Virus record (IMG/VR): IMGVR_UViG_3300047402_000006
Span: 1 to 31,548 of that record
DNA: 31,548 bases
Origin: a virus
Taxonomy: Duplodnaviria; Caudoviricetes
Reading direction: 5' to 3' (one strand)
Position 1 is the stretch's first letter. Every line of letters begins with the position of its first letter. This document shows positions 7,523 through 16,870 of this stretch, piece by piece. Made by a program: the position numbers and the translations under genes. The notes below the pieces were generated by a model. The model was not told the DNA's origin. It saw only the letters and a list, made by a program, of their open reading frames with translations, and ran no database searches.

Positions 7523-10500
7523 TTATGCGACCGTGAAGAAGATTGCTGGAGTGTTGCCGTTGACGAACTCCGAGGTAAGGATCGGGCTGGAGGTCATATT
7601 TGGGTATGCTCCAGTGGTGCTGTAGCTGTGAGTCCGTTCGGCATAGTTGTAGGACTGACCGCCAAATGCGGTATTCTGTCCAAGTGAATACATGTTGGTG
7701 GATGCACCAGCTCGGAAGGTTGCTGTGCCAGAGCCATTAGCCCGTAAAGCGACCCAGTAGGTCATTCCAGGTCTAAAGGTGTATGTCGAGGGCAGTGTGA
7801 ATGTCTTGGCTCCTGTAGCGGAGGTGTTGAAGACATCCGTACCCGTGATCATTTGAATCACTGGTGTTCCTGTAGCCCATCCCGTGATGTCCGATGCGTA
7901 GATCGCAGCTTGATGTTCGCTGCTGGCTGCGCTGGTTGTCACTTGAACAGTCATGGTTGTTACTGGGGTAGGACGGGCGAAGCTGATTGGATAGAACCGA
8001 ATCTTGCCAGCCACCGTTGCTCCCGTACCCAATGAGAGGTGGTTGGGAAGTCCACACACATAGGATCCCGTCAGCGGCGTGAATGGTGCGTGAGCCGTAC
8101 CCGAGTACCAGTTGACATAGTCCGTGCCATCCCACCGCAAGTCCTGACCAACCGTGAGGCTGGAGGTGTTGAAGTCGGATAGGTCGCCAATCGCGTGAGT
8201 ATGCGACGGTAGATCGGAACCAGTAGCCGTGGATAGGACACCAGTTCCTGTCGTTACCTTGACAATGCCTGTGGATAGGGACGATAGTGCTTGCTCATTC
8301 GTGAGGGTGCTGTCGGCGGTCTGCACAATGTAGGTTGCGTTGGTCGGGGCATAGACGGTCGGGGTAGCCCATGTCTGGTCTCCCCGAAGATATGTCGAAG
8401 CACTTGCCGAACCAGACCCAAGTCTGGCTGTATCTACAGTACCGCTAGAAATGTCGCCAGCTACAATAGCTGACCATGCTTGGTCTCCCCGAAGGAAGGT
8501 TGAAGAACTTGCTGAACCAGACCCGAGTCGTGCCGTATCCACCGTTCCAGATGAGATAGCCGAAGCTGCATGTGAGTGGGTTGGGATTGCTCCTGATGCC
8601 CATTCAGTGCCCGTCCACGAAGGAACATGTCCAATCGTAGAACCAAGCCCATAGATCTTTGACAAGGGGATTGACCCGTCCTTGAGTGTGATGGTTGGGT
8701 TTGTCCAATCAAAGACGCTTTGATCTAGGGTCTTCGCAACATAGGTTGTTCCATCCGAATGATCCGAAGCCCAGAACTGGTTTGCTACTTCGATTGGATA
8801 GATCTTCGTGTTGAAGACGATTGGTTGCAGCTTGTTGTTTGCAATCGTGAGATTTGCAATGTTACCATTAGTGATGGTAAGAGATGCAATGTTACTACCA
8901 GTGATGGTAGCAGCTGCAATATCCGTACCAGTGACTGTTCCATCTGTGATGTCGGCACTGGTAATGGTCGAAGCCGTAGCAAGCGAACCCAATCCAAGCG
9001 TAGTTCTTGCTTCTGCTGCTGATGTGTCATCAAGCAGCGTCTCGCTAAAGGCTGTAGTTGCTGGAAAGGAGATGGCATCAATCTGATCTTGTAGATTGTC
9101 TACCGATGCGTCTACAATGGCATCTCTCTGCCAGTGGTAGAAGAATGTTTCACCAACGGTCAGGGTGCGTACGGGCGATAGCAGCGTACGGGAACGAGCC
9201 TCACAAGCTGCATAGCAACTGGTGGAGGTGTCTTCAGTACCATCCAGCGTGTAGATATACAGGCTGGTATAGGTGTCTGGGGTTGTTCCGTGAACAGCTC
9301 GCTCATACAGCGCAAAGTCGATGGTGGAACCATCGTGCTTGATTGCCAACTCGGTCAACTCGCTGATGGGAATGCCAGAGTCAACGGTGATGTCTACGGC
9401 AACTCCGTCGTAAATGCGGATAATCCAGTTATCTTCGCCATTGTTTACGAAGGCGCATAGGCAGTTGGCACCAGTCGAGTGTGTGGCGCTGAAGCCAACA
9501 TACGCGGTGCAACCAGTATCACCGCCACCGTCCCACTTGACGATGGTCTGGAAGTGCTTTCTTGTCCTATCAAAGGGGAATACAAGACCATTGACACCAC
9601 CATAGTGGATGTCTGCGTTACGAAGTCTAGCAGATCCCTTGAGTAGGTTTTCTGTCTTTAGGAGAACATTGCTGCCATTCAGCTCCATGTCTCCGTTGTT
9701 CCCTCCACCACCTCCAGGAATGCCATAAGAAAACACAAAGTCACCGAGGTTGGTGCCATCGGTATACAGGAAGATGTTGTCAATGGAAGACTTGACATTC
9801 CTGCTCTGGTGGGGTGAGATTTTGTTGTTGTACATGGTGAGCTTTTCAGCCACACCAGTTCCGTTCTTGAGGAATGGAACAGCACCGTTCGTAGAGTTGA
9901 ACTCGATTGTGTCGGGTTCAATCTTGGCGTTTTCGTTTAGACCAGCAAACCCATCAGCTACACCAATGCGTTCATCAATGTACGCAGCACCCAAGCCGAC
10001 ACTGAAGTCGACATAGGTCTTGGTGGCTGCATGTTGTGGTTCCGTTGGCGGGTCTAGATCTAGATGCTGCTGCTTGATCACATCGTCGGAGATTTGCCAA
10101 TCGTCTTCCGCGTTGATAACAGTGATCATGTTCTTGGTTCCAGTTGTAACCCCTAGACCACTGCCGCTGTTCTCCATGTTCACCCAGTTAGCCCCATCAA
10201 ACTGGAGGATCTCTCCGCTCATGGGGCTTGTCAGGGATACATCCGTCAAGCCAGCAAGGCTGGGCGAACCGCCTGTTGAGTCTGCTGGTTCCCATTGAGT
10301 GGTTGTCCCGTTGTATGTCAGAACCTGTCCAGTGGTTGGAAGACCGCTGGGATAGTTGACATCGTTTAGGGCTGTGATGGATGTTGAGACAATGGAGGCA
10401 GCACCGACTTCGGGAAGGTCAAGCCATACCGAAGCACCGTCTCCAATCTTCATGATTTGGTGTGTGATGTCCCAACCGAGTTCTCCATCGGCTAGCACCA

Positions 10501-10849
10501 CACCCACCCAGCTTGCGCCTGTGCCGCGCCTAATCTGGAGTTGTTGGTCCATTGTGGTGGCAGTGCCACCATCAAGCGGACCAGAATCTAGCTTGTTGTT
10601 GATGATCGTCCAGACAGAGGCATCAAGTTCCCAAGTTGCCCCTCCGCTAGATACGACGATCTCTCCTTTATCTCCATCGGCAACTGTATTGCCGACTGCT
10701 GAAAGGTCCAGCCAAGGGGTTGTTCCGTCACCCACCCGAATCTGCTTGCTTGTCACATCGTATGTGATCTCTCCAAGCGCGGGTGTGGGGTTGACCGATG
10801 TCCAGTTGGCAAGACTATCCCTTCTGATTTTGATTACATCATAAGGCAT
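7523..10849 (-). CDS. Long mosaic tail fibre / receptor-binding protein (1108 aa) with two Mtd-N-like N-terminal domains
   Basis: IKIRRDSLANWTSVNPTPALGEITYDVTSKQIRVGDGTTPWLDL and LQIRRGTGASWVGVVLADGELGWDITHQIMKIGDGASVWLDLP match the Mtd-N/hyaluronidase-N pattern. Also L.DV...GQ.L.(W/Y)DG..W repeats, decapeptide repeats, LRGDQ.W repeats, H.H motifs and beta-rich domains. Confidence 0.85.
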   Translation of the reverse strand: MPYDVIKIRRDSLANWTSVNPTPALGEITYDVTSKQIRVGDGTTPWLDLSAVGNTVADGDKGEIVVSSGGATWELDASVWTIINNKLDSGPLDGGTATTMDQQLQIRRGTGASWVGVVLADGELGWDITHQIMKIGDGASVWLDLPEVGAASIVSTSITALNDVNYPSGLPTTGQVLTYNGTTTQWEPADSTGGSPSLAGLTDVSLTSPMSGEILQFDGANWVNMENSGSGLGVTTGTKNMITVINAEDDWQISDDVIKQQHLDLDPPTEPQHAATKTYVDFSVGLGAAYIDERIGVADGFAGLNENAKIEPDTIEFNSTNGAVPFLKNGTGVAEKLTMYNNKISPHQSRNVKSSIDNIFLYTDGTNLGDFVFSYGIPGGGGGNNGDMELNGSNVLLKTENLLKGSARLRNADIHYGGVNGLVFPFDRTRKHFQTIVKWDGGGDTGCTAYVGFSATHSTGANCLCAFVNNGEDNWIIRIYDGVAVDITVDSGIPISELTELAIKHDGSTIDFALYERAVHGTTPDTYTSLYIYTLDGTEDTSTSCYAACEARSRTLLSPVRTLTVGETFFYHWQRDAIVDASVDNLQDQIDAISFPATTAFSETLLDDTSAAEARTTLGLGSLATASTITSADITDGTVTGTDIAAATITGSNIASLTITNGNIANLTIANNKLQPIVFNTKIYPIEVANQFWASDHSDGTTYVAKTLDQSVFDWTNPTITLKDGSIPLSKIYGLGSTIGHVPSWTGTEWASGAIPTHSHAASAISSGTVDTARLGSGSASSSTFLRGDQAWSAIVAGDISSGTVDTARLGSGSASASTYLRGDQTWATPTVYAPTNATYIVQTADSTLTNEQALSSLSTGIVKVTTGTGVLSTATGSDLPSHTHAIGDLSDFNTSSLTVGQDLRWDGTDYVNWYSGTAHAPFTPLTGSYVCGLPNHLSLGTGATVAGKIRFYPISFARPTPVTTMTVQVTTSAASSEHQAAIYASDITGWATGTPVIQMITGTDVFNTSATGAKTFTLPSTYTFRPGMTYWVALRANGSGTATFRAGASTNMYSLGQNTAFGGQSYNYAERTHSYSTTGAYPNMTSSPILTSEFVNGNTPAIFFTVA
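8369..8557 (-). repeat. Intragenic tandem duplication, 105-nt period (ISSGTVDTARLGSGSAS.ST.LRGDQ.W x2)
   Basis: Copies at 8474-8557 and 8369-8452 encode near-identical peptides with many synonymous differences. Confidence 0.9.
8830..8975 (-). repeat. Decapeptide (IT..xIA..T) repeats in the fibre shaft
   Basis: TITSADITDG-TVTGTDIAAA-TITGSNIASL-TITNGNIANL-TIANNKLQ seen in the translation. Boundaries are approximate. Confidence 0.8.
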
Positions 10850-10859
10850 TGTTGCTCCG

Positions 10860-11132
10860 TTACAGTGTTAGGAATGCGCCGCCAGCATCGTACTCGTCGC
10901 CAGTGGCTACGGTCGATGCATCGCCAGCATCAATCTCAATGGTAAGTACGCTGCCAGCGAAGCCGCCGTCAAGCTCATCCGATGGGCTTGGCGTAATCGC
11001 GCTACCTACCGTGACGATATTGCCTGACGCATATTCGATGACGATTTGACCAGTCGCGTTGAGGTACATTCGTGCCACCCCACCGCGACAGCAGTCATGT
11101 TGTGGGGGTACTTGTCTCTTGTAGTTTGGCAT
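10860..11132 (-). CDS. Small acidic protein with D(G/A)G repeats; putative fibre adaptor or accessory protein
   Basis: 90 aa containing LDGGFA, IDAGDA and YDAGGA. A similar LDGGTA occurs between the Mtd-N-like domains of the next gene. AAGGA precedes the start, and it overlaps the upstream gene. Confidence 0.55.
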   Translation of the reverse strand: MPNYKRQVPPQHDCCRGGVARMYLNATGQIVIEYASGNIVTVGSAITPSPSDELDGGFAGSVLTIEIDAGDASTVATGDEYDAGGAFLTL

Positions 11133-11652
11133 CCTTCTTCCTCTTCTTGAATGCGGCGTCTAGTGCGGGATCTTTTGCCCGAAGAGCTGCCACGGATTCC
11201 CGAAGTTTAGACGGATCCTGTAGGGATTCGTCCAGCATCTTTGCCGTCTGATGAGACGCTTCTGGGATGTGACCGACCAGCTTCTTGACAACAAGACCTA
11301 GACCAGTCTGCCAGAGAATGACGCAGATGCCGATGACCACCGCCGCCATTGCGGCAATAGACAACAGATCCGCCCACCAAGGAACTACATCCTTGACACC
11401 CGAGGTTGCTGCGACAACCACTTTGGCTTTCTCAACGATATCGGTCGTTGCCGAAATCCCTTGATTGGATCGACTCTTGATCTCTTCGATTCGTGGCGGT
11501 GTGGCTGCTGCTGCTTCATTGATTTTCTCGAAATGCTCCTTGGTTGTTTGAGCCAGTTGTTGGATGTCCGAGGTGTTTCGTTGGATCTTTTCGACGGATG
11601 AACAAGAGAGAAGCAACGCCAGCAAACAGATGTTAGTGATTGTGCTTTTCAT
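11095..11652 (-). CDS. Lipoprotein with a C-proximal transmembrane helix; unimolecular spanin-like
   Basis: Likely start is the ATG at 11652: MKSTITNICLLALLLS-C-SS (lipobox), then a helical region, a TM segment WWADLLSIAAMAAVVIGICVILW, and a charged tail. The track start at 11757 lies inside the upstream gene. Confidence 0.65.
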   Translation of the reverse strand: MKSTITNICLLALLLSCSSVEKIQRNTSDIQQLAQTTKEHFEKINEAAAATPPRIEEIKSRSNQGISATTDIVEKAKVVVAATSGVKDVVPWWADLLSIAAMAAVVIGICVILWQTGLGLVVKKLVGHIPEASHQTAKMLDESLQDPSKLRESVAALRAKDPALDAAFKKRKKDAKLQETSTPTT

Positions 11653-11920
11653 CTTTGAGTCCGAGTTCAGCAAGCTTGAGTTCAACCATCTGTAGGGTGT
11701 TCTTGACATCGTGAATAGATTTCTCCACGCGCGCCACCCTCTCGATGATATGCTCATGCTCCAAATGCTTGATGCTTGTGATTGACCTGACTTCTGCCTC
11801 CAGTGAGGAAATCTTGCTCGCTAGCCAGTACACTCCACCTCCTGCGGGAACAAAAAGAACGCTGATAACTAGAAGAAGCTGTTCGACTGTCAACGGGTGC
11901 GTAACGATTTCTGGTGTCAT
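11633..11920 (-). CDS. Single-TM plus coiled-coil protein (holin-like)
   Basis: LLLVISVLFVPAGGGVYWLA followed by a heptad-rich segment. It overlaps the lipoprotein start. Confidence 0.55.
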   Translation of the reverse strand: MTPEIVTHPLTVEQLLLVISVLFVPAGGGVYWLASKISSLEAEVRSITSIKHLEHEHIIERVARVEKSIHDVKNTLQMVELKLAELGLKDEKHNH

Positions 11921-11921
11921 G

Positions 11922-13319
11922 TTAGTTACCCAAGCTTACCGTCCAGACGATGGGCTGATTGGCAGTTGACTGGCTGTAGCCAGAGCTATAGTAGCCTCCA
12001 GTAACTGGAGTATAGGTATACCCAGTTCCTGTTGCCGTACCAGCAACTGCGGCAATGGTGATTTCGCCGCTTGCCTCTAGCGTTACGCGGTGGACTGTAA
12101 ATAGAAGGTTTGTGTTGGTGTTCAGTTGTTCTCTACGGAAGTAGAAAGTAACCGATGAGGTGGACGATGTGTTGGTAATCGTCACGGTTCTGGTTCCCGA
12201 AAACAGCGCGGTGAACGAAAGCTGTCCAAGCGAGGTCGGGCAGAAGTCGAGGTTGTATGCGTTGGCACTTCCGCTGGATGACTTCCATGAACCAATAGCC
12301 GTACTCTGTACAGTGATCGGAGTCGAAGAGGCGATTGAACCAGTAACAGAAAGGTTGCCAGTGATGGCGGTATTGCCGTCAATCGCAAGACTGCCGACAG
12401 AGGCTCCGTTCTTTGGTCGAATGGAGATGCCGTTGACGGAGTTGGCGTTGTTGTAGATCGTGATGGCTCTACCGCTGGTTGAGAGGTTCGGCTTGAGGAC
12501 GATGTTGTCGGACGACCCATCACCCACCGTTGAGGTAGAGGTGATGATTCCGCTGTGGGCAATAATGCTATCCGAGAAGGTCTTCTTGCCATTGACCGTT
12601 TGATCGCCTTCAATGCAGACAACCACACCTTGTGCGGTGGTACCAACAGCAGAGAAGTCCAGCTCACCAGCAACTACGGCTGTTGTATCCGTTAGTGTAA
12701 GCTGCGTGGTTGGAACGCCAATGCTTGAGGTTGGCTGGAAAATCAGGGACTTGCTTGTTCCCGATCCCTTGATTCGGGCGGACGACGACAGCGTGATGTC
12801 TGTGCTGAAGGTCTTTGCACCAGAGATGGTCTGCGAACCTGATAGCGTTACGCCACCAGAAGCAACAGCCCACGAAGTTCCATTCCAGACATACAGGTTG
12901 GAGTCGGTGGTGTTGAACCACAGAAGTCCAGTGTCTGCGGCGTTAGGGGCTGGGGTGCTTGACTGGTAGTAGATGCGACCAGCCTTGTCAAGAACTCCTC
13001 TTTCATTGAAGGAGTTCAGTACGGTTCCAACGCTGTTCTGAATCTCAACCATGTTGGCGGTTTGAGATAGCGCACCCTTTAGTGTCAGGGTTCTGTTGGT
13101 CTTGTCAAAGAGCAGACCTACCGCCGTGGTAAGTAGGTTCTTTGAGGACTGTCTGGTTAGGATGACCACTTCCTTATCGTGGTCGGTGGCGTTCTCCACG
13201 CCTTCAGAACCACCCGAGGTTACAGTCCAGCTGTTATTAGCTAGGCTGTAGACCCAGTCGATGGTTCCTTCTGTGTGCGTTGCGCCGTCTGAAGGACTGT
13301 TAGGAAAGTTGATTGCCAT
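11922..13319 (-). CDS. Tail fibre / structural protein (465 aa, S/T/G-rich)
   Basis: N-terminal MAINFP.SP.DG....W.Y.....W module, GLLWFNTTDSNLYVWNGTSW module, two QT(I/V).G.KTFS fibre repeats and a beta-rich C-terminus. Confidence 0.8.
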   Translation of the reverse strand: MAINFPNSPSDGATHTEGTIDWVYSLANNSWTVTSGGSEGVENATDHDKEVVILTRQSSKNLLTTAVGLLFDKTNRTLTLKGALSQTANMVEIQNSVGTVLNSFNERGVLDKAGRIYYQSSTPAPNAADTGLLWFNTTDSNLYVWNGTSWAVASGGVTLSGSQTISGAKTFSTDITLSSSARIKGSGTSKSLIFQPTSSIGVPTTQLTLTDTTAVVAGELDFSAVGTTAQGVVVCIEGDQTVNGKKTFSDSIIAHSGIITSTSTVGDGSSDNIVLKPNLSTSGRAITIYNNANSVNGISIRPKNGASVGSLAIDGNTAITGNLSVTGSIASSTPITVQSTAIGSWKSSSGSANAYNLDFCPTSLGQLSFTALFSGTRTVTITNTSSTSSVTFYFRREQLNTNTNLLFTVHRVTLEASGEITIAAVAGTATGTGYTYTPVTGGYYSSGYSQSTANQPIVWTVSLGN

Positions 13320-13328
13320 GTGTGTTCC

Positions 13329-14216
13329 TTATAGTGGCGCAGAGACATCGACCCAGTAGCCGATCTCTCCGTTTGTTGCTGGATTGGTGCTGTACCTATC
13401 GTCCGAAATGTAGACATAAAGCCTACCGTTGGTCGTGTTGTACCACTGCGATCCCCAAGCAAACAAACCATCTGCCGCTGTTGTGCGGGTTGGCTTCGTT
13501 GCTTGGGAGAAGAAGACACCAGGAGTTGCACCAAGCGATCCTGGAGCCTGCGAGGAAGTCAGCTTGCCATCGCTGCCCAAGGTGGCGATGCCGTTGGCTG
13601 CACCCATGAGGGCGGCAATGGCAGCTGTCACATAAGCCTTGGATGCGGCATCGCCATCGTCGGTTGCCAAGCCAAGGTTGGTGATCTTGTGCGAATCCAT
13701 GTCAAGATCGTCAGACACGGGATTGAGGAAGACATCGGCATCTTCACGAAGAATAGCTCTGTTTGCCTTGTCTGTGACCTCTTGGATTAGACCAAGAAGG
13801 TGATTGGTGGTGAGGTTGAGTTGGTCGGCTGTAATCCGCGCACCCGTAGTCCAAGTCACATAGGGTTGTGAGAGGACATTGAGACGCAGGATGGTGATGT
13901 CTTCGTTTGCTTCCATTGGTGGAAACGCAACGACCGAGGCATCGTCCATTGTGAATGTTGCCGAGACGGGGATTGTTACTGCCGTGATTTCCCTGTTGGT
14001 GTCGTCCAGCGTTAGCCACGACGAAGAAATCTGACCAAGTCCTCTATACTCCCGAAGGGATAGGGGCGAACCATAGATCTCCTCAATGTCATTGCGGAAG
14101 ATCAGGAGTTGTTCTTGGTGATCGACACCGTCAACCATTGTAAGGCTGGAGTAGGAAAGGGGCAGCGCATAGGTTGTGTCAAGTGACACAGTAACTGTTG
14201 TTTGATTTGTTGCCAT
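13329..14216 (-). CDS. Short tail-fibre anchor protein with T7 gp17-like N-terminal adaptor domain
   Basis: ITILRLNVLSQPYVTWTTGARITADQLNLTTNHLLGLIQE matches the gp17-N pattern (R.T...V.F..GS.L...DLN...Q....QE). Also LDMDSHKITNLG.ATDDGDAASKAYV and NGIATLGSDGK fibre motifs. It follows gp12 directly. Confidence 0.85.
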   Translation of the reverse strand: MATNQTTVTVSLDTTYALPLSYSSLTMVDGVDHQEQLLIFRNDIEEIYGSPLSLREYRGLGQISSSWLTLDDTNREITAVTIPVSATFTMDDASVVAFPPMEANEDITILRLNVLSQPYVTWTTGARITADQLNLTTNHLLGLIQEVTDKANRAILREDADVFLNPVSDDLDMDSHKITNLGLATDDGDAASKAYVTAAIAALMGAANGIATLGSDGKLTSSQAPGSLGATPGVFFSQATKPTRTTAADGLFAWGSQWYNTTNGRLYVYISDDRYSTNPATNGEIGYWVDVSAPL

Positions 14217-16870
14217 TAGCGCATTGCTCTTGTGTTTCTGTTGAAGATTGCCCGTGCCTCCATCTGCGTGATGTTGCAGGGAGTTACGGTATCATTGATG
14301 ATTTGGATTGTCACTTCGTCTGCAACACCAAAGATCTTGGCTATGAACTTACCGTCTGTTTCCAGATCCAGTTCATCCTCAAGATTTGTTGCCGAGAACT
14401 CGGACACCAGCTTGTCGGGTCGTCCACGACGAGTTACCTCGACGCGATATGACCCCGTGTTGACATGCCTGATAAGCAAGGTCTTTAGGTTGACAGTGCC
14501 CTCAAGGATGTTGTTGTCTTGTCTGCGTGAATACAGTTGCGATAGCTCGATCACCATGCTGTATGATGAGCCAATCCAGATACTCTTGCCGACATGCTCT
14601 GTCAGGTCGATTCCTGGGACCACCACGGTTGTCGTGTTCTCGTTCTTGACGACACTTGATGCCTTGTAGATGCCAGCATCATTGAAGTCGTCGGTCAGAA
14701 CCACATAACAATCGTCGCCAAGCAGATATGGAACTGCAAGGGTGGATTCGACGCCTACGCATCCTGTGTTCATGTCGGTGATGGTAAACAGCGATCTGCT
14801 GTCCAGCCGAGGTACTGATAGAGATTCCTGCTCAAGCAGGGTGTTGGTGAGGTTCCACACTCTATCCTCCTTCTTGACGACGCAGTACAGGTAGTTGTCC
14901 CACGCCTTGCATCCGTACACAGCCTCGTTGTCCGCGAGGATGTATCTCCAGAACGCAGACTGAAGGAGTTCCTTTCCGTCGAAACGGTTGCAGTAGATAT
15001 AGAGGTGGTTCTTGTTATCCTCATCCACACAGATGAGATAGTTCTGAGCCACGCCTACGGTTACATCCTGATAGTTGGTGGGCAAATAGCCACGAACCGT
15101 AGATGATAGGTCTACTGCTGTGTTGAACTCACGCGCGTCTTGGTTTAGGTAGATGTACAGCCGCTGCTTGTCTAGGAAGAAGATCTGGCTGCCCATTTGC
15201 TGGGGATCCACCAGATCAGCTGTGCTGTAGAAGGTCGTGCTTGAGATTTCTGCCGTCAGTGGGGAGATCAGATTGTTGTCTCCCTTTAGTTCAAACTGCA
15301 CACCACCCTTGGTGTTGATGAACAGGTACTGATTGTATGGCAGCATCGAGGTAATCTCGGCGTAGGTAGCCGAGGATGCACGAATGTCGATGGGATCGGA
15401 AGTAACAACATTGCTGGGATCCTTGATCCACAGATCGGTGAATACACCTAACTGACTTGTGAACACCACATCACCAACCGACATGATCAAACGATCTCTG
15501 AAGTTGCTGATAGCGGTGATCTGCACATGCCGTGCATTCAGATCGCCGTCGAGGAATGGGGACGGTCCTGGGTTTGTTTCCCGAGTTCCGACTGTTCGTG
15601 GCTCCCAGTCGATCTTGCCAAGACGGAATATACCGTTGGCATACGACAGAAGTTGGGGCATTCTCTTTGCGTCAATGACGGAGCAGTAGTCGGGAGTACG
15701 AACCTTCTGCGTATATGGCTTGCCCATGCCATCCAACCCCTCATCGGTGTTGGTTGTTCCTTCGGGGAATGAGATGATCCTGTAGTAACCAGCGTCAAGC
15801 GACAGGTACGGAGCATCGCAGTAGTAGATCTTTCCTCTGCCATCTACTGGATTGGTTTCGGCAATCTCATCATAGTAGGGAGAGTCGGGATCGTAGTATT
15901 CCGCCAGCATAAGCCGAGCGGAGTCGTCACCCGTAGTCAGGTTGGTGTTGTTGGCGACAAAGTCGTTGGTGTCTGGTGGAAAGCGTAGGTTGCCAAAGTT
16001 GGCTACCGACTGTCCAAGCCAAGGCTTCTCAAAGTCGCCATACACATAATCCTCGACTGGAATGAACTTCTCTTCCCACGACGGATCTAGTGTTTCGCCT
16101 TCTCGGGGAGAATAACCGTGAGCGTACATTCGCCCATCACTGGTCTTGACAATGGTGGTTGCGGTGTAATAGGTGATCTTTCCGCCGACCGTGTCGGTGG
16201 TTCCGATGCTCTTTCCGTTCAGTCCAGTCTCCTGACCATCAAGACCGCTGGTGAATCCAGCGTATGCCTTGGTGTTCAGATAGTAGATGTTTGGTCCGAT
16301 CTGAAGAGACTTGAGGATCTCTCTTGTGTTGCCTTCATCATAGCAAAGATAGCCGCGTGTGTCGATGTCGACAAGCCCCCTGCTCTTGATGAAGTTGTAT
16401 CTGGTGAGGATATCGTCATCACTCACATAGTCCAGCGCATACTGGAAGATGGTATGACGAATGTCTTGGTCTGTGATTGCCTCTAGTCCATCCCACTGAA
16501 GGGCGGGATCTTCTGGATCCCACTGTGATTCGGGTGTAAGGTTGGTCCAACCAGTCTCTGTCACCTTGATCACATACATGATCGTGTCTAGATTGCCAGT
16601 GGCGTTACGATCAATGATGATCAGATAACGGTTCTGACGATCCAGCTGGTACCATGTAAAGTGCGGATCCATAGTTGGTGGAAGGAAGGATAGGTTCACC
16701 TCCCCGACACCCGACAGGACGGAAAATCCAGGTCTCTTCTCCGCAGACCTCTCGACAGAGATCATGCAGTTGTCTAGATTCTCCGCTTGATAGGGTGTTC
16801 GCTTTGAGTCTGGTTGCCGAGATACTCCACCCGATAGCGAGTAGATTGGAATGATGTCTTTTTCAGCCAT
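14216..16870 (-). CDS. Tail tubular protein B / nozzle (T7 gp12-like)
   Basis: N-terminal SLSGGVSRQPDSKR...EKRPG, internal W..R..G...TNP.PS.F, FRDRL, DPIDI and LQSAFWRY. 884 aa. Confidence 0.93.
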   Translation of the reverse strand: MAEKDIIPIYSLSGGVSRQPDSKRTPYQAENLDNCMISVERSAEKRPGFSVLSGVGEVNLSFLPPTMDPHFTWYQLDRQNRYLIIIDRNATGNLDTIMYVIKVTETGWTNLTPESQWDPEDPALQWDGLEAITDQDIRHTIFQYALDYVSDDDILTRYNFIKSRGLVDIDTRGYLCYDEGNTREILKSLQIGPNIYYLNTKAYAGFTSGLDGQETGLNGKSIGTTDTVGGKITYYTATTIVKTSDGRMYAHGYSPREGETLDPSWEEKFIPVEDYVYGDFEKPWLGQSVANFGNLRFPPDTNDFVANNTNLTTGDDSARLMLAEYYDPDSPYYDEIAETNPVDGRGKIYYCDAPYLSLDAGYYRIISFPEGTTNTDEGLDGMGKPYTQKVRTPDYCSVIDAKRMPQLLSYANGIFRLGKIDWEPRTVGTRETNPGPSPFLDGDLNARHVQITAISNFRDRLIMSVGDVVFTSQLGVFTDLWIKDPSNVVTSDPIDIRASSATYAEITSMLPYNQYLFINTKGGVQFELKGDNNLISPLTAEISSTTFYSTADLVDPQQMGSQIFFLDKQRLYIYLNQDAREFNTAVDLSSTVRGYLPTNYQDVTVGVAQNYLICVDEDNKNHLYIYCNRFDGKELLQSAFWRYILADNEAVYGCKAWDNYLYCVVKKEDRVWNLTNTLLEQESLSVPRLDSRSLFTITDMNTGCVGVESTLAVPYLLGDDCYVVLTDDFNDAGIYKASSVVKNENTTTVVVPGIDLTEHVGKSIWIGSSYSMVIELSQLYSRRQDNNILEGTVNLKTLLIRHVNTGSYRVEVTRRGRPDKLVSEFSATNLEDELDLETDGKFIAKIFGVADEVTIQIINDTVTPCNITQMEARAIFNRNTRAMR

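Noticed and set aside
7523-10849. Diversity-generating retroelement suggested by the Mtd-N-like domains
   Set aside because: No reverse transcriptase and no TR/VR pair are visible in the window. The 105-nt duplication differs at synonymous sites of all base types, not only adenines.
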